Shown in pieces: positions 48,209 to 58,415 of a stretch of 64,000 nucleotides of DNA. Every line of letters starts with the position of its first letter. Position 1 is the stretch's first letter. The notes below the pieces were generated by a model that saw only the letters and a program-made list of their open reading frames with translations, was not told where the DNA came from and ran no database searches. Both the position numbers and the translations under genes were made by a program. Source of the stretch: a virus; the IMG/VR virus record IMGVR_UViG_3300043409_001491, positions 1-64,000 of that record. One strand, written 5' to 3'.

Positions 48209-48736
48209 ATGGCTACTGGTGCAACTACAACTTATGATCTTCCTTATCCCGTTTTAAGTGACCCTGTAAATGTCCACGAGGATATTCAATCACTTGCAGA
48301 ACGCATAGAAGATGTTATTTCAAACATTGGACTTCCTTTTATTTCACTAGAAGTTAGAAATATAACTGTATCAACAATTGCAAAAGGAACACCAGTTTAT
48401 ATTTCAGGGTATACATCAAAACCAACAGTTGCAAAATGTGATTCAAATGACCTAACAACATTTCCAGTAGTTGGAATAACACAAGCAGCAATGACAAGTA
48501 ATTCTGATGGTGTAATAATTATCTCTGGCGTATTTGAAAATATAAATACTGCATCCTACACTGCTGGAGATATACTTTATGTTGCTGATGGTGGAGGTTT
48601 GACAGATACAGTTCCTACTGATGGATCAGGTGCTGTAGCAGTGGTTGCTAAATCAAATGCCTCAACTGGTGTTATTATTGTTGGACAGCCAAAAGGTAAT
48701 GGATCTTGGGGGGCATTGAAAAATGGACTTGCTTAA
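48209..48736 (+). CDS. Putative virion structural protein
   Basis: LPYP..DPVNV..DI.LAE N-terminal module; IAKGTPVY. Confidence 0.7.
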   Translation: MATGATTTYDLPYPVLSDPVNVHEDIQSLAERIEDVISNIGLPFISLEVRNITVSTIAKGTPVYISGYTSKPTVAKCDSNDLTTFPVVGITQAAMTSNSDGVIIISGVFENINTASYTAGDILYVADGGGLTDTVPTDGSGAVAVVAKSNASTGVIIVGQPKGNGSWGALKNGLA

Positions 48737-48751
48737 TGGTATAATTTAACA

Positions 48752-49210
48752 ATGGCCGTATATAGAAACCCTAATGAAACCCCCCTAGAAGGAGTAACTG
48801 CTCCATCTACCTATAACATTGGAAATAAACCTCCACTTGTTAACTGGACCGTTGTAATTGGAGATAGTGCTTCTTTTAGAATTTATGTTGAAGATGATCT
48901 TGGAAATGAATTAGATTATACATTCCCTGTTAGTGGTGACGATGCTGGTTGGGATATTTCTGGAGAGTTTAGACGATACTCTGATAATACTGGAGATGAT
49001 CTGTTGTTTACGATTTATCCAAATCAAGTACCAGGGCTTGATGAGCCTGGAGAGTTTACAGTTACAGTATCACCTGCACAGTCTAAGATTTTAAGAACAG
49101 GCGATGTCTTTGATATTCAATTAAGAGATGGTGCCACTCGTGTTTGGACTGTTTGTCAGGGTGAGATGACTATGATTGGCGAAGTCACAGAGCAAGATAC
49201 AGTAAGTTAA
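48752..49210 (+). CDS. Putative virion (BppU-like) protein
   Basis: GDSA...FDIQL; leaderless. Confidence 0.65.
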   Translation: MAVYRNPNETPLEGVTAPSTYNIGNKPPLVNWTVVIGDSASFRIYVEDDLGNELDYTFPVSGDDAGWDISGEFRRYSDNTGDDLLFTIYPNQVPGLDEPGEFTVTVSPAQSKILRTGDVFDIQLRDGATRVWTVCQGEMTMIGEVTEQDTVS

Positions 49211-49212
49211 TT

Positions 49213-49548
49213 ATGGCAACAACCAATATAACCAATATTGGCAGAAGCCAAACCATCTCTGATATAAAACCAACAATAACAGCAGAAAATATATCTACCC
49301 ACTCTTCAATAATTTCAAGCATTGCTTTTTTAGTTACAGCAGCAACAATTGCAATCTCTCCAACAATTGAAGACATATCAGGCTCTGTCGGATCTTTGGT
49401 AACTGCAGACTATCCTAAAATAACAACGGTAACAGAGATACTACCATTTAGACTAACCATAACTAATATTGGCATTGAGGGGTACAGTCCTTCAAATCCC
49501 CCAGGAATTGGAATTCAAATGATTGGTTTTTCTAACTATATACTTTAA
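49213..49548 (+). CDS. Putative virion protein
   Basis: Thr/Ile-rich; PPGIG C-terminus. Confidence 0.6.
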   Translation: MATTNITNIGRSQTISDIKPTITAENISTHSSIISSIAFLVTAATIAISPTIEDISGSVGSLVTADYPKITTVTEILPFRLTITNIGIEGYSPSNPPGIGIQMIGFSNYIL

Positions 49549-49568
49549 CAATATGATATAATTCAAAC

Positions 49569-50021
49569 ATGGCGAAAATATCATTATCAAGCGTAAAAGC
49601 CCTGTTTCAGACAGGCGACAGACCAACTCAAGAAAACTATGTTGATTTAATTGATACGGCGTCTGCTCAGGCAACAGATTTGGGTAGTGCAGGTAGCAAC
49701 GAAGACACAAATGAAATAACCGTAACAGGTATTGAGAACAGCACACTCTTTGATAGTTTTTCAGCCACAGAGTGGAGATCCATTAAGTATGTGGTCTCAT
49801 TAAAAAAGAATAGTGGAGATAAGTTCTTTACAACAGAATTGACCATAGTCCCTGACGGTACAAATGATAATGTTAGTGAATATGGAACAGTAGACAATAA
49901 TGGGAATATTGGCACCATTAACGTCTCTAGAACAGGAAGCACAGTCTCACTAACTGTAGTTCCTGTGTCAGGTCAGACCCCCATCACCTTACGCTATATG
50001 CGTACAGGCTTGAAGGCTTAA
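49569..50021 (+). CDS. Putative virion protein
   Basis: FQTGDRPT...DLID; C-terminal domain shared with the 50037 ORF. Confidence 0.7.
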   Translation: MAKISLSSVKALFQTGDRPTQENYVDLIDTASAQATDLGSAGSNEDTNEITVTGIENSTLFDSFSATEWRSIKYVVSLKKNSGDKFFTTELTIVPDGTNDNVSEYGTVDNNGNIGTINVSRTGSTVSLTVVPVSGQTPITLRYMRTGLKA

Positions 50022-50036
50022 CCAAGGAGATAACAA

Positions 50037-52157
50037 ATGGCAACAATAACAAAAGATTTTAGAGTAAAGGCAGGACTGGTAGTTGAAGGATCAACTGCGA
50101 CTGTCAACACACATGATATAGTTACAAAAGAAATTTTTGATGCAAAAGGTGATTTGCTGGTTGGAACAGGTTCTAATGCTGGAACAAGAGTTGCCGTTGG
50201 AACAAACGGACATATTCTCATGGCAGATTCCAATGAAACAAATGGACTTAAATGGACATCACCACCTGCAGTCGGTGTATTCGATACACAGATTAGTTTT
50301 GAAGGTTCTACAGTAGATACTGCTGAGACAACACTTACAATAGTAGACCCAACAGAAGACCGCACAATTACACTTCCTAATGCAACTGGAACAGTTGTTC
50401 TTAAAGATTCAACTGATACACTAACAAATAAATCAATTTCACTAACAACAAATACTATTACTGGCACAAAAGCAGAGTTTAACTCAGCAATGTCAGATGC
50501 AGATTTTGCATCACTTGCTGGTAGCGAAACACTAACTAACAAAACAATTAACTTATCAGATAATAGCCTAAGTGGAACGGTTGCACAATTTAATACTGCT
50601 CTTAGTGATGACAACTTTGCTACCCTCACAGGTTCAGAGACTCTTACAAATAAGACACTTACATCACCAACAATGACTTCTCCAGCACTTGGTACTCCAG
50701 CATCAGGAACTTTAACTAACGCAACAGGTCTTCCAGTTAGTGGAATCGTTGACTCAACATCTGAGGCTCTTGGCGTTGGAAGTATTGAATTAGGCCATGC
50801 ATCTGATACAACTATTGCTAGATCTGGCGCTGGTGTTGTAACTATTGAAGGTGTTGAGGTTACTACAAATACCGCAACTCAAACCTTAACAAACAAAACT
50901 TTAACAAGTCCAACAATGACTACTCCAGCACTTGGAACCCCCGCTTCTGGTGTTTTAACCAACGTAACAGGTCTTCCAATCTCAACTGGTGTAGACGGAC
51001 TTGGATCAGGGGTTGCAACTTTCTTAGCAACACCTTCTTCAGCAAACCTTGCAGCAGCATTAACCGATGAGGCAGGATCTGGAACAGTAGCATTTACTAC
51101 TAGCCCAACTTTTGTTACACCAGTTCTTGGTGTGGCTACTGCTACATCTGTTAATGGTACAACTATCCCGTCATCAAAAACACTTGTTGTAACAACAGAT
51201 ACCTTAGCAGTTCACGCTGCTACAACTTCTGCTGAATTAGCAGGAGTTATCTCAGACGAGACTGGTACTGGAGCACTTGTTTTTGCTAATACCCCAACAC
51301 TTGTAACACCAAACATTGGTGCAGCAACTGGAACATCTTTGGTTCTTTCAGGGGACCTAACAGTTAACGGTACAACAACTACAATTAACTCAACAGAAAT
51401 TACAATTGATGACAAGAACCTTGTTCTTGGTGCAGTAACATCTCCAACAGATGCAGGCGCAGACGGTGGTGGTATTACTCTTAAGGGTGATTCAGACAAG
51501 ACTTTCTCATGGATAGATGCAACTGATGCATGGACTTCTTCAGAACACCTTAATCTTGCTTCTGCCAAGGTATTAAAGATTGCTGGAACTGAAGTTCTAT
51601 CAGCAACACAGTACACTGGAAATGCTGCAACAGTAACAAATGGTGTTTATACAACAAGCAAGATTTCAGCACTCGCTGCAACATCTTCTGCAGAACTTGC
51701 AGGAGTTATCTCAGATGAGACGGGAACTGGTGCTCTAGTATTTGCTAACACACCAACTCTTGTTACTCCAGTAATCGGAGCAGCAACTGGTACATCTTTA
51801 GTTCTTTCAGGCGTACTAACTGCAACAGCAATCACACTAAATGATTCATCAGTAGGTTCTGCAACAGCAACTGCTGGAACATCAGCAACTACAATTGACT
51901 CATTCCCATCAGCAACATATTCTTCTGCTAAATACATTGTTCAGATGAAAAAGGGAACTGACATTGAAGTAATTGAAGTTCTTGTTACAGTTAACTCAGC
52001 AAATGACGTATATCTAACAGAGTATGCTAACGTACAAAGCAATGTACAACTTGGAACAACAAATGCTGTCCATGACGGAACAAACGTTCTTCTTCAGGTA
52101 ACTGCTGCAGCAGCAGATACTGCTGTTAAGATACACAGAACTTATATTGAAGCATAA
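50037..52157 (+). CDS. Tail fibre protein
   Basis: Repeated ETLTNKT and [12 protein letters not shown] modules. Confidence 0.8.
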   Translation: MATITKDFRVKAGLVVEGSTATVNTHDIVTKEIFDAKGDLLVGTGSNAGTRVAVGTNGHILMADSNETNGLKWTSPPAVGVFDTQISFEGSTVDTAETTLTIVDPTEDRTITLPNATGTVVLKDSTDTLTNKSISLTTNTITGTKAEFNSAMSDADFASLAGSETLTNKTINLSDNSLSGTVAQFNTALSDDNFATLTGSETLTNKTLTSPTMTSPALGTPASGTLTNATGLPVSGIVDSTSEALGVGSIELGHASDTTIARSGAGVVTIEGVEVTTNTATQTLTNKTLTSPTMTTPALGTPASGVLTNVTGLPISTGVDGLGSGVATFLATPSSANLAAALTDEAGSGTVAFTTSPTFVTPVLGVATATSVNGTTIPSSKTLVVTTDTLAVHAATTSAELAGVISDETGTGALVFANTPTLVTPNIGAATGTSLVLSGDLTVNGTTTTINSTEITIDDKNLVLGAVTSPTDAGADGGGITLKGDSDKTFSWIDATDAWTSSEHLNLASAKVLKIAGTEVLSATQYTGNAATVTNGVYTTSKISALAATSSAELAGVISDETGTGALVFANTPTLVTPVIGAATGTSLVLSGVLTATAITLNDSSVGSATATAGTSATTIDSFPSATYSSAKYIVQMKKGTDIEVIEVLVTVNSANDVYLTEYANVQSNVQLGTTNAVHDGTNVLLQVTAAAADTAVKIHRTYIEA

Positions 52158-52178
52158 CTAATAGAATAGAGTCTGGGA

Positions 52179-52820
52179 ATGGCAACTGTAAATAAAGACT
52201 TCAGAGTAAAGCATGGGCTCGCCGTAGCCGAAGGCGCTACTTTTGGAGGAACTGTTACAGTTGCCGCCCCTACTGAAAACCTACATGCTGCTACTAAAGC
52301 ATATGTAGATAGCCAATCAAATGCATTGGAAGTTTCAGCAACTGCTCCAGTATCTCCAAGCAATGGAGATTTATGGTTTGACACAGTAACAACTAGAGTC
52401 TATGTTTATTATAGTTCTGAGTGGATTGCTTTGGCTACCCTTGCAGATGCAGAGGTTTTACAAGAGCATATTCACGATACTACTCCTGGCGGAACAGGCA
52501 AAATTGCAACTATATTTGTAGATGCAGAATATTATTATAGTGCAGGAAATCTTGTAAGTGCTGGATTTTATAATACAGCAAGTTGGGATTCCACCTTTAA
52601 TGATGAAGATTGGTACATACTAGAACTGCAATCTGAAACTGTTGAGATTGCTCAACACATCCACAATACATCAATTGATGGAACTGGGCTTATTGTAACT
52701 ACGTTTGTTGATGCTGGATATTATTATGAGATCAGCCCATTAGAAGACGCGGGTTCTTATAGTACAGAAAGTTGGAGTTCAACGTATAACGGTGGGCTTT
52801 CATATGACCTGTATAATTAA
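52179..52820 (+). CDS. Tail fibre-associated protein
   Basis: KDFRVK N-terminus shared with 50037; AATKAYVD and GDLWFD. Confidence 0.75.
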   Translation: MATVNKDFRVKHGLAVAEGATFGGTVTVAAPTENLHAATKAYVDSQSNALEVSATAPVSPSNGDLWFDTVTTRVYVYYSSEWIALATLADAEVLQEHIHDTTPGGTGKIATIFVDAEYYYSAGNLVSAGFYNTASWDSTFNDEDWYILELQSETVEIAQHIHNTSIDGTGLIVTTFVDAGYYYEISPLEDAGSYSTESWSSTYNGGLSYDLYN

Positions 52821-52863
52821 AGATATGATATAATTTGTTTATAATGCTACCGAAGGAGCAAAA

Positions 52864-55800
52864 ATGGCAACAAGAATGCAACAGCGTAGAGGCACTGCAG
52901 CGCAGTGGACCTCTACAAATAGCGGCGCTGGTCCAATCCTAAATGCTGGAGAAATCGGCTGGGAATCAGACACCAATAAATTTAAAATAGGTGATGGAAC
53001 AAACACTTGGGCTGCCCTTGACTACTTTATAGACGCCGACTCAACTGTAAGTCCATCCTTTGGAACAAGTATTACCTTTGAAGGTAGCACTAACGACGGT
53101 AATGAAACAACGCTAATTGTTGTTGATCCAACAGCCGATAGAACAATCTATCTTCCAAACGCATCAGGTACAGTTATTACAACTGGTAATCTTTCAGATA
53201 TTACAGACATTGGAGTGTTTACTTCAACAATCGTAATGGAAGGCTCTAGCGCAGACGCCTCTGAACTTACGCTATCAGCAGGAAACCCAACAGCAGACCG
53301 CACAATTACATTCCCTGACGTAACAGGAACTGTTGCTTTAGCAGAAACAGTAGCCTCTTCTCTTTCAACGGCTTTAGAATCTTATGTTTTAACATCAAAG
53401 GTTGGTGCGTCAACAGATGGCGTTGCAGGTCTAAATTCAGACTCTAACTTGCTTGTTCCAGGAACAAAGATTATTTTTGAAGGTACTGTAGATGGATTTG
53501 AAACTGAATTTTCAGTAACAAACCCTACAGCAGATGTAACTTTAAGTTTTCCAAATGCTACAGATACAATAGTTGGAAGAATAACAACCGACACACTTAC
53601 AAACAAAACTCTAACATCGCCAAAAATTAATGAAGATGTTATTATGTCGGCAACCGCCACAGAACTTAATATTCTTGATGGAGCAACACTATCAACAACA
53701 GAACTTAACTATGTTGATGGAGTAACTTCTGCAATTCAAACTCAAATAGATTTAAAATCTCCTCTTGCATCACCTACTTTTACAGGAACAGTAAATGCAG
53801 CAGCAATTACTACTTCTGGAGATGTAGTAGTTGGAGACCAAGCATTTGTAGGTACAGGGGCTTCAACATTCTCAGGTGCTGGAGATGGAAATTTAACAAA
53901 TCCAGCAATGGTAGTTAGATTTGCTAATGGAGCAAGTGAAGCCTCATTTGCCCAAATGGCATTTCAAAACAATGACCCAACATCTTCTACTGACATAATT
54001 GCTTATGCAGATAATGGAAATGACACTTCTGGTTGGACCGATATGGGTATGACTGGAAGTACTTTTAGTTCTGCAGACTATACAATTACAGCCGCAAACG
54101 ATGGATACATGTTTGTTCAAGCACCACTTGGAAACTTAAGGTCTATTAATAACAAAGTACTTGCTAGCAACGTAGCAACACTTACAACATCTGCTGCTCA
54201 CGGATATGCTATTGGAGATGAAGTTGTTGTAAGTGAAGTAGATGCTACATTTAACGGTACCTTCATAATTACAGCAGTAACTTCAACTACTTTTAGTTAT
54301 GCAAAATCAGCAGGAAACGTTGCTTCAGCAGCAGTTTCTCCAGTTGGATCAGCAAAGGTTGCAACAGGTAATGGAAACCTTGTTTTAGCAACAGGTGAGA
54401 ATGGTACAAGAAATAAGATTGTATTTGCTGCTGGAGGTCTTTCTACTAGCAACACGCAAATGGAAATTACACCAGATGAAAGTGTGCACATTGAAATAGC
54501 AACACCATCAACATCACCCACAACAGGAGCACTAACAGTAGTTGGTGGAGTTGGTATTACTGGAGATATGAATCTTCAAGGAGACCTAGATGTAAACGGA
54601 ACTGTAGACTTCTCTGGAGTTACAACTCTTCCAATTGGTACAAATGCTAATACATTCTTAGCAACCCTTACTAACCCAGTCGTAGTTGTTGATACAACAG
54701 CAAACGACTTTGCACAAATTGCTTTCCAGAACCGTAGCGCACACGCAGATGCCTCTACAGACATCATTGCTTATTCAAATACTGGAAGTGATACCGCTGG
54801 TTATATTGACATGGGTATTACATCTTCAGCATTTTCTGATGTGGACTTTACAATCACTGGACCTGGTGACGGATATATATTCGTAACTGGTGCAACTGGT
54901 GGATCAGATGGAGGTAACTTAGTCTTAGCAACAGGTGATACAGGTTCAACAAATAAAATCATCTTTGCTGCAGGTGGATTAGCATCTAATAATGAACAGA
55001 TGACAATTACTCCAGATGACAACGTTAAGATTTCTATTGCTACTCCATCAACTTCTGCTACTACTGGTGCTTTACAAGTAGTCGGCGGCGTAGGTATTCA
55101 AGGAGACATGAACGTTGATGGTAATGTTAATATTGAAGGAACAATCACATTTGGTGGAGCAGGAACTACTGTAGAAACCGCAAACCTTAATGTTACAGAT
55201 CCTGCAGTCTTTGTTGGAACTAACAACCAATCAGATATTGTTGACCTTGCTTTTATCGGAGAGTATGCAACAACAATTGGTACAATTACAAAGACTGTTT
55301 CAAATAAGGCTCTTACATCAAATGTTGCAACACTTACAACATCAACAACACATACTTATCTTGCTGGAGACGTTGTAGTTGTTTCTGGTGTAGACGCTAC
55401 ATTTAACGGTACTTATAACATTATTGCAGTACCAACTACAACAACATTTACATATGCTAAGACAGCAACAAATGTATCCTCAGCAGCAGCCTCTGGCTCT
55501 GCAGCGGTATCAGCCAGACGTAAATTTGCTGGTATTGCAAGAGATGCATCAGATGGGGTAATCAAAGCATTCAAGGATGCAACAACTAAGCCAACTAGCA
55601 CAGTTAACTTCTCTGAGGCTGGATTAGCATACTCTGATCTACAGGTTGCTGGAATTACAGCATCATCAATTACTGTTGGAGATGTAACTAATACAGAGTT
55701 TGGATACTTAGATGGAGTAACTTCATCAATCCAGACTCAAATTGGTACAAAGTTAGACTCAACAACTGCTGCTACTACATATGCTCCTATTGCAAGCCCA

Positions 55801-56535
55801 GTCTTTACTGGAATTGTGTCTGTTGCAACTTCAATTGAATTTGAAGGCTCAACAGCAGATTCTTTTGAGACAACGTTAACTCTAACAGATCCAACTGCTG
55901 ATCGTACAATAACTTTGCCAAATGCTACTGGAACAGTATCTTTGGTTTCAAATGCCGAAACTCTTACTAACAAGACTATGGCATTTTCTTCAAACACAAT
56001 TACTGGAACAATCTCAGACTTTAATACAGCGCTAACAGATCAAGATTTTGCAACATTAGCAGGTACAGAAACTCTTACAAACAAGACTCTTACACTTGGA
56101 AATAATACTATAAGCGGTACTATTGCACAATTTAATACCGCAGTAACAGATCAAGATCTTGCAACTCTTGCAGGCACTGAAACATTAACTAACAAAACCA
56201 TAACAGCACCAGTAGTCAATTTGGCTATTAATGCTCAGACTGGAACAACATATACATTTGTCCTAACAGATAACGGAAAGTTTGTTACTGCATCTAATGC
56301 ATCGTCTCAGACTTACACTATACCGCCTGCTGCCTCAGTTGCCTATGCTATTGGTGCACAGATCAACTTAGTCCGTAAGGGTGCAGGAGCGGTTGCTTTT
56401 GCTGCAGGCGCAGGTGTAACTATTCGTTCTACTGGTGCAACGCCTGCCGCACCAACATTGCGTGTACAATATTCAACTGCTACTTGTATCTATGAAGGTT
56501 CAGATATTTGGTATGTAGTAGGAGATATTTCATAA
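52864..56535 (+). CDS. Long tail fibre protein with an Mtd-like N-terminal domain
   Basis: MQQRRGTAAQW..GEIGWESDT..KIGDG; internal duplications. Confidence 0.8.
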   Translation: MATRMQQRRGTAAQWTSTNSGAGPILNAGEIGWESDTNKFKIGDGTNTWAALDYFIDADSTVSPSFGTSITFEGSTNDGNETTLIVVDPTADRTIYLPNASGTVITTGNLSDITDIGVFTSTIVMEGSSADASELTLSAGNPTADRTITFPDVTGTVALAETVASSLSTALESYVLTSKVGASTDGVAGLNSDSNLLVPGTKIIFEGTVDGFETEFSVTNPTADVTLSFPNATDTIVGRITTDTLTNKTLTSPKINEDVIMSATATELNILDGATLSTTELNYVDGVTSAIQTQIDLKSPLASPTFTGTVNAAAITTSGDVVVGDQAFVGTGASTFSGAGDGNLTNPAMVVRFANGASEASFAQMAFQNNDPTSSTDIIAYADNGNDTSGWTDMGMTGSTFSSADYTITAANDGYMFVQAPLGNLRSINNKVLASNVATLTTSAAHGYAIGDEVVVSEVDATFNGTFIITAVTSTTFSYAKSAGNVASAAVSPVGSAKVATGNGNLVLATGENGTRNKIVFAAGGLSTSNTQMEITPDESVHIEIATPSTSPTTGALTVVGGVGITGDMNLQGDLDVNGTVDFSGVTTLPIGTNANTFLATLTNPVVVVDTTANDFAQIAFQNRSAHADASTDIIAYSNTGSDTAGYIDMGITSSAFSDVDFTITGPGDGYIFVTGATGGSDGGNLVLATGDTGSTNKIIFAAGGLASNNEQMTITPDDNVKISIATPSTSATTGALQVVGGVGIQGDMNVDGNVNIEGTITFGGAGTTVETANLNVTDPAVFVGTNNQSDIVDLAFIGEYATTIGTITKTVSNKALTSNVATLTTSTTHTYLAGDVVVVSGVDATFNGTYNIIAVPTTTTFTYAKTATNVSSAAASGSAAVSARRKFAGIARDASDGVIKAFKDATTKPTSTVNFSEAGLAYSDLQVAGITASSITVGDVTNTEFGYLDGVTSSIQTQIGTKLDSTTAATTYAPIASPVFTGIVSVATSIEFEGSTADSFETTLTLTDPTADRTITLPNATGTVSLVSNAETLTNKTMAFSSNTITGTISDFNTALTDQDFATLAGTETLTNKTLTLGNNTISGTIAQFNTAVTDQDLATLAGTETLTNKTITAPVVNLAINAQTGTTYTFVLTDNGKFVTASNASSQTYTIPPAASVAYAIGAQINLVRKGAGAVAFAAGAGVTIRSTGATPAAPTLRVQYSTATCIYEGSDIWYVVGDIS

Positions 56536-56584
56536 ATATAGCGTTTTAACACATGCTATAATTATATAAGAAAAGGAGTCTTAG

Positions 56585-57895
56585 ATGCCAGTACTTGGAA
56601 TTGTTTCATCATCAGCCAAAGGTGCACCTGGAACACCAATATCTGTATCTGCTACAAATGTCGGTTCTGGTCGTGCTTTCAATGATGGCAGAGCAGATGT
56701 TTCCTTTACTACAGGCCCAGGCGGATTGGCCACTTCCTTTACTGTTACTTCTAGTCCAGGCGGATACACTGGCACTGGTTCTTCATCTCCAATAACCGTT
56801 ACAGGCCTACAAAGTGCCACTGCTTATACATTTACAGTTGTGGCAACTAACGCTGCTGGATCATCGGCTGCATCTTCAGCATCTGCCGCTATTACAGCAA
56901 CAACCGTTCCAAATGCGCCTACTGTTGGAACATTTAGTAGATCAAGCAACACCGTAGGTTCACTTACATTTACTGCACCTTCTACGGGCGGTACTGCAAT
57001 TACTTCTTACGTAGCATCAACAAATCCATCTATTGCTATAACTACAGCCAATTCATCTAGCCCAGTGACCCTTACTGGTTCGTATGTTCAAGGCACGACA
57101 TATACAGCACGTCTCCTTGCGGTCAATGCAAATGGTTCATCTGCAAACTCTTCTTATTCTAACGGAGTTATTATAAGTCCTACTCCTGTTACCGTATCAT
57201 ATGTAATAGTTGGCAGCGGCGGCGGCGGCGGCACTGGCGGCGGCGGAGCAGGCGGACGAGTTGCATCATCATTCACAGCATCTGGAAGTTATGCAATTAG
57301 CATCGGCGGCGGTGGCGGTGGCGGCACTGGCGGCACTGGAGGTGCAAACGGTGGCACAGGAAGCGCAGCCAGTATTGCAGGAATTAACACTGGCAACGGC
57401 GGAGGCGGAGGCGCCTCTGGCGGATCAGGCGTAGGTGGAGGTTGCGGCGGCGGCGGAGGTTACACTTATCCAGGCTCCACATCAGGAGGCGCAGGTAATC
57501 AAGGCGGCAACGGCGGCACTGGTACTGGAAATGATGGCCGAGGAGGCGGTGGTGGTGGTGTTGGCGGAAACGGAACAAACGCTGGTGGATCAAATGCTGG
57601 CAACGGCGGTGCTGGCATAAGCGGTGTTGGCGGCGGTGGCGCTGGAGGCGCTGTTTGGAATCCTGGTAGCCCTGGCCCAGGCGGAGGCAGTGGAGGCAGC
57701 AGAAACATTGGCGGAGGCGGCGCTGGCTCTGGCGGAACTGGCGGCGGCGGCGGTGGCGGCGGCGAGAACGGCGGCGGTTCAGGAGGAAGTGGAATAATTA
57801 TTTTAACGGCATCGGCTGCAGCAACAAGTTCAAGCGGTGCATCGGTATCAGGAACAACTTACACATTCACAGGAAGCGGGAGTATAACTTTCTAA
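56585..57895 (+). CDS. Fn3-domain glycine-rich virion protein
   Basis: Two Fn3 repeats (YTFTVVATN) followed by a Gly-rich region. Confidence 0.8.
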   Translation: MPVLGIVSSSAKGAPGTPISVSATNVGSGRAFNDGRADVSFTTGPGGLATSFTVTSSPGGYTGTGSSSPITVTGLQSATAYTFTVVATNAAGSSAASSASAAITATTVPNAPTVGTFSRSSNTVGSLTFTAPSTGGTAITSYVASTNPSIAITTANSSSPVTLTGSYVQGTTYTARLLAVNANGSSANSSYSNGVIISPTPVTVSYVIVGSGGGGGTGGGGAGGRVASSFTASGSYAISIGGGGGGGTGGTGGANGGTGSAASIAGINTGNGGGGGASGGSGVGGGCGGGGGYTYPGSTSGGAGNQGGNGGTGTGNDGRGGGGGGVGGNGTNAGGSNAGNGGAGISGVGGGGAGGAVWNPGSPGPGGGSGGSRNIGGGGAGSGGTGGGGGGGGENGGGSGGSGIIILTASAAATSSSGASVSGTTYTFTGSGSITF

Positions 57896-58263
57896 TGGCA
57901 CACTTTGCACAACTAGATGAAAACAACAATGTACTTCAAGTGCTTGTTGTTAGAAACGAAGATATTGATTCTTCAAACGAAGAAGCCTCTGGTATCGCAT
58001 ATCTGACCGATATATTTGGTGGTATTTGGAAACAAACCTCTTATAATAATAACATTCGTAAAAACTATGCAAACATTGGATCTACATATAATCAAGATCT
58101 TGATGCATTTATTTCTCCACAACCCTATCCTTCTTGGATATTAAATGAAATTACTTGTAAATGGGAAGCCCCCATCCCTATGCCAACAATTGAATATGAT
58201 GATAGATTTACCTATGTGTGGAAAGAAGAAACTGTTTCTTGGTTTAAAGTTAATTTTGAATAA
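57895..58263 (+). CDS. Tail-associated hypothetical protein
   Basis: MAHFAQLD, WKQTSYN and PYPSW. Confidence 0.75.
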   Translation: MAHFAQLDENNNVLQVLVVRNEDIDSSNEEASGIAYLTDIFGGIWKQTSYNNNIRKNYANIGSTYNQDLDAFISPQPYPSWILNEITCKWEAPIPMPTIEYDDRFTYVWKEETVSWFKVNFE

Positions 58264-58415
58264 ATACAGTAGACTAAACAAAAAACAAAGCACTTAACCA
58301 TAAACCTAACGGTTAGTGTACGTTTTATGCGTATTTATATTTTATAAAGTTGTGATACACTAGTACTACTTCCGATTTTCTGAAGTACTCACTTAATTTT
58401 ATGAAAGGTAAATAA

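Noticed and set aside
52864-56535. Diversity-generating retroelement target, suggested by the Mtd-like N-terminus
   Set aside because: No reverse transcriptase and no adenine-specific TR/VR pair seen in the window
50018-57708. Numerous minus-strand ORFs within the tail genes
   Set aside because: Antisense shadows of Thr/Ala/Gly-rich coding sequence, without start signals
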